NCBI GenBank assembly: GCA_041690135.1
Contig: JAWLHY010000003.1
Coordinates: 1 to 64,000 of the forward strand
Length of the DNA: 64,000 bases
Direction: 5' to 3'
Origin: Armatimonadota bacterium
GTDB lineage: Bacteria > Armatimonadota > SYMT01
Positions 1-8,887 of the stretch are shown here, in pieces. A program made the translations under genes and the position numbers. Numbering within the stretch: position 1 is the first letter of the stretch; the number at the start of each line of letters is the position of its first letter. Under the pieces are notes generated by a model, which was given only the letters and a program-made list of their open reading frames with translations, did not search any database and was not told where the DNA came from.

Positions 1-170
1 ACCCAGGCTCCGTGGTTGAACCCGATTGAACCGAAATGGATCCACGGGAAACGCGCCGTCGCGGAACCCGGCGAAGTCCTGGAAGGGAGCGAACTGATGG
101 AGCGGGTCTACGCCCATTTTGACTGTCCGGCTCACCCGCGCCTTTCCACGAAGGTCTCTTGAGTTTGCAC
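1..170 (+). mobile_element. 3' end of IS630-family element (transposase C-terminus 1-162, truncated by window edge)
   Basis: Frame 1 reads TQAPWLNPIEPKWIHGKRAV...VS* (TGA at 160-162). PWLNPIE is the IS630/DDE_3 final-Glu motif. The element ends at ...GCAC|TAG, consistent with a TA target. Not in the ORF track. Confidence 0.7.
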
Positions 171-1975
171 TAGGGAAGCGAGAAGGCGAAAACCATTCCC
201 GAGGAGTTGTGGTTCTTGATGTCCTTGAAGAAGTCCTGAGAGATGTAGGTGGGGTTCGCTACCCCACCTCGGCCGGACATCACGGCGACGTACTGCCGCC
301 CGTTCACGGAGTAGGTGACGGGGTGCGCCATGATGCCGGAGCCGGTCTGGAACTGCCAGAGCGGCCGGCCGTTCTCCGCGTCCAGGGCCTGGAGGAAGCC
401 GCGCATGGTGCCGGTGAACACCAGGTCGCCGCCGGTGACCAGCGGGCCACCCCAGCGGATCTCGGACTCGCGGGGCGCCTCCCACACCTTCTCCATCGTC
501 CGCAGGTCCCAGGCGGACACGCGGCCCGGACGGGGAGAGGTGCGCCGGGTGTGCGCCCGGAACTGCTCCGCATCCCAGCCGATGTACTCCTTACCCGGAT
601 CATACTTCATGGGCTCCCACACGTGCTGCATGCCTGTTTCGTTGGAGACCAGGATCACGGAGCTGCGGGCCCGGTCGTAGGCGCAGCCCCACCAGTTGGC
701 GGCTCCCAGGGCGGAGGGGATCACCTCCACCTGGGTGCGGGTGCCCTTCGGCGGGCGGGCGGTGCCGGTTTCGATGGGGCGGCCCGTCACCGGGTCGAGC
801 CCCTTCGCCCAGTTGACGCGGTCGGCGAACTGCACGCCCTTGAGGAAGCGGCCGTTGCGGCGGTCGATGAGGTAGAGGAAGCCGTTCTTCACTCCGGTGG
901 TCATCACCGGGACGCGCTCCCCTTTCCAGTCGATCTCCGCCAGGATCGGCGTGGTGCAGCAGTCAAAATCCCACTCATCGTTCGGGACGAACTGGAAGTG
1001 CCACTTGATCTTGCCCGTGTCCGCATCCAGCGCGAGGACGGAGCAGCAGTAGAGGTTGTCGCCGGGACGGTTCTCGGAGCTCCAGGGCGCCCCGTTGCCG
1101 GTGGTCCAGTAGATGAGGTTCAGCTCCGGATCGTAGGAACCGGTCACCCAGGTGGGGGCGCCGCCGTTCTTCCACTGGTCGCCCTGGGGCCAGGTTTCGT
1201 GTCCCGGCTCGCCCGGCGCGGGGATGGTGTGGGTGGTCCAGACCGGCTTACCGGTCTCCGCGTCCAGCGCCTCGACGAACCCGCGGCAGCCGAACTCGCC
1301 GCCGCTGGTGCCCAGGATGACGCGGCCCTTCACGATGAGCGGCGCGAGGGTGCGGGTGTAGCCCAGGTTGTAATCCGCCGTCGTCCGCTTCCAGCGGACT
1401 TTTCCGGTGCGGGCATCGTGCGCGAAGATCTGGCCGGCGAAGTTGACCCAGATGACCTTGTCCCGGTAGAGCGCCGCGCCGCGATTGTTGTCCTTACCGA
1501 AGCGAGCGGCGTCGGGCGGGAGTTGGGAGTCGAAGCTCCAGACCAGGTCGCCCGTGTCGGCGCGGAGGGCGTGGATGAGGCCGCCCGCGCCGGTGAGGTA
1601 CATCATGCCGTTATGGACCACGGGGGTGCTTTGCTGCGCCCCGTGCGTGCCGGTGGAGTAGGCCCACTTCGGCGCCAGGGTGGCGACATTGGCCCGGTGG
1701 ACCTGGTTGAGCGGGCTGAACCGCTGGCCATTATAGGTGCGGGCCCACATCAGCCAGTCCGCGGAGTACTCCTCGGCGCGCAGCAGCACATCGTCGGTCA
1801 CCAGGCGCGGGGCGTGGACCGCCTTCACCTCGCCCGCCTGGGGCGGGGGCGGGGGAAGCGGGGGCAGTTGCGGGGTGGGGGGCTCCTGCGGCAGCGCGCG
1901 CGCCAGCCCGAAGCCGGCGCCGGCACAGAGGAGGAGGGGAACGAGGCGAAGAGCGAGGGAGAGTGGTGGTTTCAT
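170..1975 (-). CDS. PQQ-dependent alcohol dehydrogenase (methanol/ethanol family), probably lanthanide-type
   Basis: Signal peptide from ATG 1975; WLMWARTYNGQRFSPLNQV, GGEFG, GGAPTW, TGNG, NDEWDFD and W-docking beta-propeller repeats. Confidence 0.9.
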   Translation of the reverse strand: MKPPLSLALRLVPLLLCAGAGFGLARALPQEPPTPQLPPLPPPPPQAGEVKAVHAPRLVTDDVLLRAEEYSADWLMWARTYNGQRFSPLNQVHRANVATLAPKWAYSTGTHGAQQSTPVVHNGMMYLTGAGGLIHALRADTGDLVWSFDSQLPPDAARFGKDNNRGAALYRDKVIWVNFAGQIFAHDARTGKVRWKRTTADYNLGYTRTLAPLIVKGRVILGTSGGEFGCRGFVEALDAETGKPVWTTHTIPAPGEPGHETWPQGDQWKNGGAPTWVTGSYDPELNLIYWTTGNGAPWSSENRPGDNLYCCSVLALDADTGKIKWHFQFVPNDEWDFDCCTTPILAEIDWKGERVPVMTTGVKNGFLYLIDRRNGRFLKGVQFADRVNWAKGLDPVTGRPIETGTARPPKGTRTQVEVIPSALGAANWWGCAYDRARSSVILVSNETGMQHVWEPMKYDPGKEYIGWDAEQFRAHTRRTSPRPGRVSAWDLRTMEKVWEAPRESEIRWGGPLVTGGDLVFTGTMRGFLQALDAENGRPLWQFQTGSGIMAHPVTYSVNGRQYVAVMSGRGGVANPTYISQDFFKDIKNHNSSGMVFAFSLP

Positions 1976-2634
1976 GCAGGGATGCCGGCATAGACGAAGC
2001 CGTCGCGCTCGGCCCGGCCGGCGAGGCTGACGGAAAGGGACTGGGAGAACATGGGCCCGGCCCAAACGAAGGTGTGGAACTCCCCCGCTTCGCCGCAGGG
2101 GTCGACCTCGGGGGGCAGATCCCGGAGCAGCGCGGCATCGAACGGGCGGCCCACGAACTCGGCGGAGAGCCGGCGGGGATCGACACAGGTGAGCTGCGCC
2201 CGCAGCCCACCTGCGATCATCTCTCGCGCCAGGTCGGCGGTCGGCTCCCCCCAGAGCGGGAACAGCGGTTCGAGCCCGGAGCCGCGCAGCAGGTCTTCAC
2301 GATAGGCGCGGACCCCCTCCAGGAAGAGATCCCCAAACGCCACGTGCGTGATCCCGAGGGTTTCACGCGCCGTTGCCAGGGCCCGCAGCACCTCTTCCGC
2401 ATACACCGCGTTGCTGCAGGGCCACGGCACCATGACCGGGAGCAGAGGCAGCCCCGCCGCCTCACTCTGCCGCTCCACCCATTCCGTGGGCACCCCGTGC
2501 ATGCCGACGGAGCCCCGGGCCGCATCGAGCGTGGTGAACAGGCCCACCACCTCCACCTCCGGCTGCAACCGCAGCCGGTGGAGGGTCCAGGCGGAGTCTT
2601 TTCCGGAGCTCCAGGCGAGCAGAATGCGCTTCAA
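1972..2634 (-). CDS. PP-loop adenine nucleotide alpha-hydrolase (diphthine-ammonia ligase/MJ0570-like)
   Basis: AWSSGKDS PP-loop, FGDLFL, PLWG, DPCGEAGEFHTFV; ATGA overlap with the PQQ dehydrogenase start. Confidence 0.88.
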   Translation of the reverse strand: MKRILLAWSSGKDSAWTLHRLRLQPEVEVVGLFTTLDAARGSVGMHGVPTEWVERQSEAAGLPLLPVMVPWPCSNAVYAEEVLRALATARETLGITHVAFGDLFLEGVRAYREDLLRGSGLEPLFPLWGEPTADLAREMIAGGLRAQLTCVDPRRLSAEFVGRPFDAALLRDLPPEVDPCGEAGEFHTFVWAGPMFSQSLSVSLAGRAERDGFVYAGIPA

Positions 2635-2721
2635 GGGATACCTCTTCGACGAGAAAAACGGTGGGCGAGCGGCCGGCCGCCCGAGAGTTGTAGCACGGAA
2701 CCCGCCGCGGCATACAGCGGG

Positions 2722-3522
2722 CTACTTCAGGCTCTGCTCCCGGAGCAACTCGTCCGCCCAGGCCTGATCTTCGACCGCGAGCGGCGGCACCGGGTCGGTG
2801 TTGTAGTCCAAAAAACGCGCGTGGGAGCTGGTCTCCCAACTCCGGTTGAAAACAGCCTGGAGGTCCAACTCCACGTCCGGATCCCCAGGCCCCAGGGGTA
2901 CCAGAACGGTCGGCAGCGGCTGGCGTAGTGAGATCGGCCAGACTTCCCAACGGAGCCGGTCGGTCCCGCGGTGCAGGCAAGCCAGGTAGTCCCAGGTCCC
3001 CTTACGGCAAAGCGCCTCGTACGGCGCGGCCACGGTATGGGCGCCCGAGCGGAGCAGGTCGATCTCCAACAGGTTGACGCCGGCTTCCAGGGTCTCCTGT
3101 TGCTTCGTCAGGTACAGTTCCCTTCCGGGACTGCCAGAAGCCTTGTTGCTGGGGCTGAGGACTTCCACCACCGTGACGATGCGCGCCGGCTGCCCGATCC
3201 GCACGACCTCGATGTAGACCTCCCGCATCTCAATTGGGTCCACGGTGAGCACCCAGGGCGCCTCGGCTGCGTTTCGCGGGGCAACCGCCACCCCACCCGA
3301 GGGGCGCGTGCCCGGCGTCGGATGCTGGAGTACCGCCACGTCCGGATAGATATTCCGGTCCGGCTGCACGACGTAGAGACGCTCCCCCATCTCCGCGGCG
3401 TATCCGCTGGGAAGTATCTGGTTGAGGATTTCGCGGGTGTACGTGATCAGGCCCTGGTGGATCGAGGGCCACCGGGCCGGATGCTCCAGGTAGGGGTTCA
3501 TGCCGGGGAAAGGGTTGAGCAT
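2722..3522 (-). CDS. DUF4058 family protein
   Basis: NPFPGMNPYLE..W..IH N-terminus, IYPDV, EVLSPSNK, EIDLLRSG, PLPT..VPL. Confidence 0.88.
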   Translation of the reverse strand: MLNPFPGMNPYLEHPARWPSIHQGLITYTREILNQILPSGYAAEMGERLYVVQPDRNIYPDVAVLQHPTPGTRPSGGVAVAPRNAAEAPWVLTVDPIEMREVYIEVVRIGQPARIVTVVEVLSPSNKASGSPGRELYLTKQQETLEAGVNLLEIDLLRSGAHTVAAPYEALCRKGTWDYLACLHRGTDRLRWEVWPISLRQPLPTVLVPLGPGDPDVELDLQAVFNRSWETSSHARFLDYNTDPVPPLAVEDQAWADELLREQSLK

Positions 3523-3696
3523 CGTGTTTCCTGCGCGATCCATCCTCATCGGGATTCCGTCTCCTTTGATTTTACCGCTTTCCAGAATGCCCTGGCCTCG
3601 CCCCGCCCGGCTGGGGGGAATGCGCGTGGACGGGCGGCGTTCCCTGCGCTAACATTGAGCGGACCGGGTTCCACCGGCCTCATTTGAATTCCATAC

Positions 3697-3790
3697 GTGC
3701 CCTTTGTGACTGGGGAAGTCCGGTGAGAGTCCGGCGCTGTCCCGCAACGGTATGCCCTCTGGGTGAGCCCGAATACCAGCCGAAGGCAGG
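3697..3790 (+). ncRNA. Cobalamin riboswitch (compact form)
   Basis: GGGAAGTCCGGTGAGAGTCCGGCGCTGTCCCGCAACGGTA core followed by B12-box-like GAGCCCGAATACCAGCC; closing stem CCTTTG..CTGG/CCAG..CGAAGG. Confidence 0.85.
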
Positions 3791-3867
3791 TCGCAGCACC
3801 CTTCGCGCGCAAAGGGGCGACATCCGCACCGGCTTGCGGTCCCCTCCGCCGGCCGATTGCGGACGCC

Positions 3868-3897
3868 GCCACCGGCCCCAGAGCCCGGTGGTTTTTT
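3868..3897 (+). terminator. Intrinsic terminator/attenuator in the riboswitch leader
   Basis: GCCACCGG-loop-CCGGTGGT followed by a T run, between the riboswitch and ATG 3973. Confidence 0.75.
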
Positions 3898-3972
3898 GTT
3901 GCCCTTTCCGCACCGGGTGCATGGCCGGCACCAGAGTGTCGCCCGCGCGTGACGGGCGAGAAAGGGTCTCTG

Positions 3973-4467
3973 ATGAAACGCATCCCATTCATTCCCGCCG
4001 CAGTACTGTTGGGAGCTTTGCTGGTTCCATCGTCCGCCGTCCCGCAGGAAGCCAAGCGCACGCTATGGGAGGGCGTGATCCACCTGGGGGATAGCCCGGC
4101 CGCTTATCCGATGGTCACCTCGGCCGGCATGGCGTTCCAGGTGCCGTTCAAGAGCCAGGGGTTCGGCAAGGCCCGGATCACGGTGACCGCGGCCGATCTG
4201 CAGACGCTTTCCGGCGAGGGCCACTACCTGGAAGCGGTGGCGCACGTGGAAAGTCCCCAGACCCCGGCCCGGGAGTTCGTGGTGGCGACCGCGCGCCTGA
4301 AGGGCCAGGCGAAGGAGGACCGGGAGTACGCCCTGGAGTTGGACACCAGCAAGGCCGTGGAGGGCATGCGGCCGGACTACTACTCGGTGCGCGTGCGGGT
4401 GGACACGTCGGTCGGCTATACCCTCTGGGACGACATCCTGGTGAAACGCATCGCTTTGGAATTCTGA
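3973..4467 (+). CDS. Secreted hypothetical protein (164 aa) under the B12 riboswitch
   Basis: MKRIPFIPAAVLLGALLVPSSA signal peptide; GC3-biased codons; predicted beta-rich. Confidence 0.8.
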   Translation: MKRIPFIPAAVLLGALLVPSSAVPQEAKRTLWEGVIHLGDSPAAYPMVTSAGMAFQVPFKSQGFGKARITVTAADLQTLSGEGHYLEAVAHVESPQTPAREFVVATARLKGQAKEDREYALELDTSKAVEGMRPDYYSVRVRVDTSVGYTLWDDILVKRIALEF

Positions 4468-4546
4468 CACGGACTTCACGGATGGGACGGATCGACACGG
4501 AGGAAAGCCGATGGGTGTAGGTCCTTTCTCAGCGTCAGGGGACCGT

Positions 4547-4651
4547 CTTCGACACAGACGGACACGAGAGGAAACGAGAAGGAACGCAGAGCTTCGCGCA
4601 CTGGGATGAGGAGTCATTAGATTTCCCCTTTTTTGTCCCTCTGTGTCGAAA
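4547..4651. repeat. Dispersed ~9-10-nt-period repeat with inverted arm; homolog at 27491-27540
   Basis: CTTCGACACAGACGGACAC...CAGAGCTTCGC (4547-4597); inverted arm TGTCCCTCTGTGTCGAA at about 4635-4651. Confidence 0.7.
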
Positions 4652-4803
4652 GGTGCTGACTCGCTGGGGTATCGGCGGTCCAAGTCGCGACGCGGGGGAA
4701 AGAGTGATTAGCGGGCAACAGAACCTGCGTCGAAAGCAGTACAATTGAGTAGCGTGTGACGCAACCAGGCAGCGGGTGCGCTAGCGAAAGCCGGGGCCCA
4801 GGT

Positions 4804-6669
4804 ATGGCGACGGTCTACGAAGAGTTCGAGCGGCAGATCGCGGGGTGGCGACGGAAATACGCCGGCCGGCCGCAAGAGGAGATCACCCATCTGTTGCTAC
4901 TCTCGCTGGAGCGGGAGGGGATCGTCAGCGTGGCGTACCGCGAGGAGCGCATGCTCTCCCGGCTCCGGCAGGCGCCACTCTCGGATGAGGTGCGCGATCT
5001 CATCCACCACGCTCTGCTGTGGGCGTGGAAGGACGAGGAGATGCACGCGATCTACATTCGCGGCGCCCTCCTTAAGGCCGGACGCTTCCCCCTCCGTACC
5101 CGTGCTTTCCTTTCCCAGGCAGCGGGGATTACCGGCGGCTGGGCCAGCTCGGTCCGGCAGCACGTCCGCTGGACCGAAGCCCCGATCTCCCGCACCCTGG
5201 CCACGCTCATCATCACGGCCGGGGCGCTGACGGGGCAGGTCCCGAAGGAAGTTACCGAATACCTGCGGTACCGGCCGTTCCGGGACTTCTGCCGCTTCAA
5301 CGTGGAGGCCGAGAAGACGGCCTGGCTCTGCTACCAGCGGCTGCTCGAGCTGGCGGGGGAGTATCCCGACCGCTTCCCCGCCCTGGCGGAAGACTTCTCC
5401 CGGATCCAGGCCGACGAGGCGCGGCACGAGGAGATCTTCGAGATCCTCTGCGCGGCCCTGGATGCGGAGGACCGGCTCGTGCCGGGAGAAACGGCGGAGG
5501 CGCTGGCGGAGCGGATCGGGGCGGTGGGAGAGTACTTCCTACCGCGAGCCCGCCGCCGCATGGCCGGAGCGGACAACCCCGTCGGCCGCGGAGGCGAGGT
5601 GCGGGTGGTGATCGGCTCCGGCGGCGACGAGAAGCGAGCGCTATTCCGCCGGCTTCTGGAAGACTCCGGGCTGGCGGACCGGCTGCTGGAGCGCGCCCGC
5701 GCCCTGGGGAAGGCCGTCTCCGAACTGCGGGTGGCCGTCAAGCCCACGTTCATGATGGGGTACCACCGGAAGGATCTCTCCCCCATTACCGATCCGGAAC
5801 TGCTGGAGGAGCTGGCGCTTTTCCTCCACGCGTGCGGCTGCCGGGAGATCGCCGTGGTGGAGGCACGGAACATCTACGACCGCTTCTACCGGAACCGGTC
5901 CGTGGCGGAGGTCGCCCGGTATTTCGGCTTTGCCTCGCCGTACTACCGCGTGGTGGATCTCACCGACGAGCAGGTGACCTACGCCTACATGCGCGGGCTG
6001 GCGCAGTACACCGCCGGGCGAACGTGGAAGGACGCGGACTTCCGCCTTTCCTTCGGCAAGCTGCGGAGCCATCCCGTAGAAGGGGTGTCCCTGGCGCTTG
6101 GCAACCTGGAGGGGATCGGCGCGCGCTGTGACGAGTTCTTTTTCGCCGAGCGGCAGGCCCACCGGGACACGGCGCTGATGATGCTGCTCGATGCCTTTCC
6201 GCCGCACTTCTCGCTGGTAGAGGGCTACGACCGGGCGCCGGATGGAATGGTCGGCATCATGGGCTGCCCCGATCCCCGGAGACCCCGGCGGCTCTACGCC
6301 GCGGAAGACCCGCTGGCCCTGGACCTGATCGCGGCTCGCCACCTGGGCCTGCGGGATCCCCGCCGGGGGAGCTTCCTCCGGGCCGGGTGTCACTGGTTCG
6401 GCGATCCCACCCCCCAGGTGCATTTGGTCGGACCGGACGAGCCGGTGCGGGGGTGGCGCGATCCCTATCACAACGAGTGGGCCACCCTGCTGAGCCTGGT
6501 TGCGATGCCGGTCTACCGGTACGGAAGCTGCCGGGGCGCGCTGTTCGTGCCCGAGATGGACACGGAGGCGTTTCCGCCGCGCGAGCGGGAACCCCGGCGG
6601 CTGCGGGCCGCACGCCGTGTGGTGCAGGCGCTGCTGGGCCTGCGGCTGGCGCGAGGTTCGGCCGGATGA
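4804..6669 (+). CDS. Ferritin-like di-iron domain fused to a DUF362 domain
   Basis: N-terminal E..DEEMH..E..DEARH di-iron pattern; C-terminal VAVKP..ITDPELLEEL..GCREIAVVE and DPLALD DUF362-like motifs. Confidence 0.75.
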   Translation: MATVYEEFERQIAGWRRKYAGRPQEEITHLLLLSLEREGIVSVAYREERMLSRLRQAPLSDEVRDLIHHALLWAWKDEEMHAIYIRGALLKAGRFPLRTRAFLSQAAGITGGWASSVRQHVRWTEAPISRTLATLIITAGALTGQVPKEVTEYLRYRPFRDFCRFNVEAEKTAWLCYQRLLELAGEYPDRFPALAEDFSRIQADEARHEEIFEILCAALDAEDRLVPGETAEALAERIGAVGEYFLPRARRRMAGADNPVGRGGEVRVVIGSGGDEKRALFRRLLEDSGLADRLLERARALGKAVSELRVAVKPTFMMGYHRKDLSPITDPELLEELALFLHACGCREIAVVEARNIYDRFYRNRSVAEVARYFGFASPYYRVVDLTDEQVTYAYMRGLAQYTAGRTWKDADFRLSFGKLRSHPVEGVSLALGNLEGIGARCDEFFFAERQAHRDTALMMLLDAFPPHFSLVEGYDRAPDGMVGIMGCPDPRRPRRLYAAEDPLALDLIAARHLGLRDPRRGSFLRAGCHWFGDPTPQVHLVGPDEPVRGWRDPYHNEWATLLSLVAMPVYRYGSCRGALFVPEMDTEAFPPREREPRRLRAARRVVQALLGLRLARGSAG

Positions 6670-8066
6670 GCCGCTCCGTCGTCATCGTTGGGGCGGGCAT
6701 GGGCGGGCTCACCGCGGCGCTCCGCCTGGCGCAGTCCGGCTTTCGGGTCACCGTGGTGGAGGCACGCGGCGGCCCGGGTGGGCTGGCCTCCGGACTGGAA
6801 CGAGACGGCCTGACGTTCGATGCGGGACCCTACATCCTGCTCGACCGGAACGGCCTGGACTGGGCCTTCCGTTCCCTGGGGCTGGAGCTTGCCGAACACG
6901 CGGAACTCCGCCGCGTGGAGGACGTGTACGCGGTCGACACGGGTGAAGGTGAAGCGGTCCGGTTCCATGCCGACTTGGAGCAGACCGCCGAGGGTTTCGA
7001 GCGGCGCTGGCCGGGGAGCGCCAAAAGGTACTTGAGTTTCGTGGCGGAGACCCGCGCCCGCTACCGACGGCTGGAGCCGATGCTGCACGCCGCGCCCCGG
7101 CCGGCGAGTCTCCTCCGGAACGGCGGATGGCGCGATATCCCGTTCCTCGTCCGGCCGCTCGGCGCCATCCTGGCCCAGGCCGGCCTTCCGCCGCCCGTGG
7201 TGGACGGCCTCGGCATCTGGACGCACGTCGCGGGGCGGCGCCTGGCGGAGTCCCCCAGCCCCCTCGCGTTCGTTCCGTCGCTGATCCACACCGTCGGGTG
7301 CTACCTGCCCGCGCAGGGGATCGGCGCCATTCCCCAGGCCCTGGCTCGCGAAGCCGTCCGGGCGGGAGTGGAGCTGCGGTACGGCGTGGCGGCGCGGGAG
7401 ATCCGCACGGAACAGGGCCGCGCGACCGGCGTCGAAACCTCGAATGGCTTCTTCCCGGCCGACGCGGTGCTCTCCAACGCAGGCGGCGTCCGGACCTACC
7501 TGGACCTGGTGCGGACCACCCCTCCGCCGGCACGAGAGCGACTGCAGTGTCTCCCTCTCCAGTCTCCGGGGGTTTGTGCCTACCTCGCCGTGCGAGGCCG
7601 GCCGCGTCCGCCTTACTTACGATTCCGTCTCCCGGCCGGAGAGCTGTGCCGGCTCCTGGTCACTCCGGCCGTCGTCGTTCCGGAGTTGGCACGGGAAGGG
7701 TGGTCCCCGGCCCGGCTCATTGCGCCGATGCGCCACAACCAGGCGGAAGGAGGCGGGGTGGCCGGGCAAGAGGCCTATCTCGAGCGGGTCCTGGCAGAGC
7801 CATGGTGGCGGGAGGGCCTGGAGGAGTTACGGGTGCTGGAGCGGCGCACTCCCGCGGCGTGGGGGGCCGAGTTCCACCTTTACCGTGACAGCATGAACCC
7901 GGTGATGACCGCCCGCTTTATGCGCGCCGGCCGCATCGCCCACCGGAGCCCTTATCTGCGCGGCCTCTACCTGTGCGGCAGCTCCACCCATCCCGGCCAA
8001 TGGGTGAGCTTCTGCGCCATCTCCGGCATCCTGGCCGCCGACCGCATCCGCGAGGACCTGGCCTGA
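6666..8066 (+). CDS. Phytoene desaturase (CrtI)-family FAD-dependent oxidoreductase
   Basis: VIVGAGMGGLTAA, E..PGG, FDAGP, GLYLCGSSTHPG; ATGA overlap with upstream gene. Confidence 0.85.
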   Translation: MSRSVVIVGAGMGGLTAALRLAQSGFRVTVVEARGGPGGLASGLERDGLTFDAGPYILLDRNGLDWAFRSLGLELAEHAELRRVEDVYAVDTGEGEAVRFHADLEQTAEGFERRWPGSAKRYLSFVAETRARYRRLEPMLHAAPRPASLLRNGGWRDIPFLVRPLGAILAQAGLPPPVVDGLGIWTHVAGRRLAESPSPLAFVPSLIHTVGCYLPAQGIGAIPQALAREAVRAGVELRYGVAAREIRTEQGRATGVETSNGFFPADAVLSNAGGVRTYLDLVRTTPPPARERLQCLPLQSPGVCAYLAVRGRPRPPYLRFRLPAGELCRLLVTPAVVVPELAREGWSPARLIAPMRHNQAEGGGVAGQEAYLERVLAEPWWREGLEELRVLERRTPAAWGAEFHLYRDSMNPVMTARFMRAGRIAHRSPYLRGLYLCGSSTHPGQWVSFCAISGILAADRIREDLA

Positions 8067-8887
8067 TGCTACCGACCCACACCGAGATCCTGGAAGGCGG
8101 GCACCGGCTCCGGGTGGCGTGGCTGGGGAGCGGTCCTCCGCTGGTGCTGCTGCACGGCTATCCGGACAACCTGCAGGTCTGGTGCGAGCTGGCCCCGCGC
8201 CTGGCCGCGCGGTTTGAGGTGATCGCCTTCGACTGGCCGGGGCTGGGATACAGCGATCCCTGGCGGGGCGGGACCACGCCCGGGCACCTGGCGGAGCGAC
8301 TGCGGACGCTGCTGGATCGGTGGGAGATCGACCGGGCGGTGGTCGCCGGGATGGACATGGGCGGGCAGCCCGCGCTGGCATTCGCCGCGACCTACCCCGA
8401 CCGCGCTGCCGGCCTGGTGGTGATGAACTCCCTGGCCCTGCCGGAGGAAAAGACTTCGTGGGAGATCGCGCTCTTGCGGAAGTTCGGCTGGAACCGGTTC
8501 ATCCTGCGCCGGCTTCCGCACGTCGTCTTCTTCCGGGCCGAGCGCACGTTCCTGCCGTGGGGCACCTCGCTGCCGCGGGACCTCCGCGCGGACCTGTGGG
8601 AGGCGTTCCGCCGGCCGGAGGTGCGGAAGTTCCTCGTCCGGATGTGTGCGGGTTACCAGGGCACGCTGCCGCGCCTGGAGAAGCTGTATCCCCAGATCGC
8701 CTGCCCCACCCTTGCCTTGTGGGGAGAGCGGGACCGGCATTTTCCGCCGGTCCACGCCGAGCGGCTCCACTCCCTCATCGCCGGCTCCCGCCTGGAAATC
8801 GTTCCCGGCGCCGAGCATTGGATGGTCTGGTACCGGGCCGAAGAGGTCGCGGAGCGGATAATCCGGTGGCACGGCTGCGCGGATTAA
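8066..8887 (+). CDS. Alpha/beta hydrolase, epoxide hydrolase/dehalogenase-like
   Basis: LLHGYP, G-M-D-M-G-G (Asp nucleophile), WGERD, PGAEH; TGATG overlap. Confidence 0.85.
   Translation: MLPTHTEILEGGHRLRVAWLGSGPPLVLLHGYPDNLQVWCELAPRLAARFEVIAFDWPGLGYSDPWRGGTTPGHLAERLRTLLDRWEIDRAVVAGMDMGGQPALAFAATYPDRAAGLVVMNSLALPEEKTSWEIALLRKFGWNRFILRRLPHVVFFRAERTFLPWGTSLPRDLRADLWEAFRRPEVRKFLVRMCAGYQGTLPRLEKLYPQIACPTLALWGERDRHFPPVHAERLHSLIAGSRLEIVPGAEHWMVWYRAEEVAERIIRWHGCAD

Noticed and set aside
119-1993. 624-aa + strand ORF and many similar long antisense ORFs (e.g. 9965-11395, 45483-47177, 48698-50299)
   Set aside because: Shadow ORFs opposite well-supported genes; expected in high-GC DNA and carrying no recognisable motifs.
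6666-8066. Carotenoid biosynthesis cluster (crtI)
   Set aside because: No crtB, crtE or crtY nearby; the family assignment alone does not establish phytoene as substrate.
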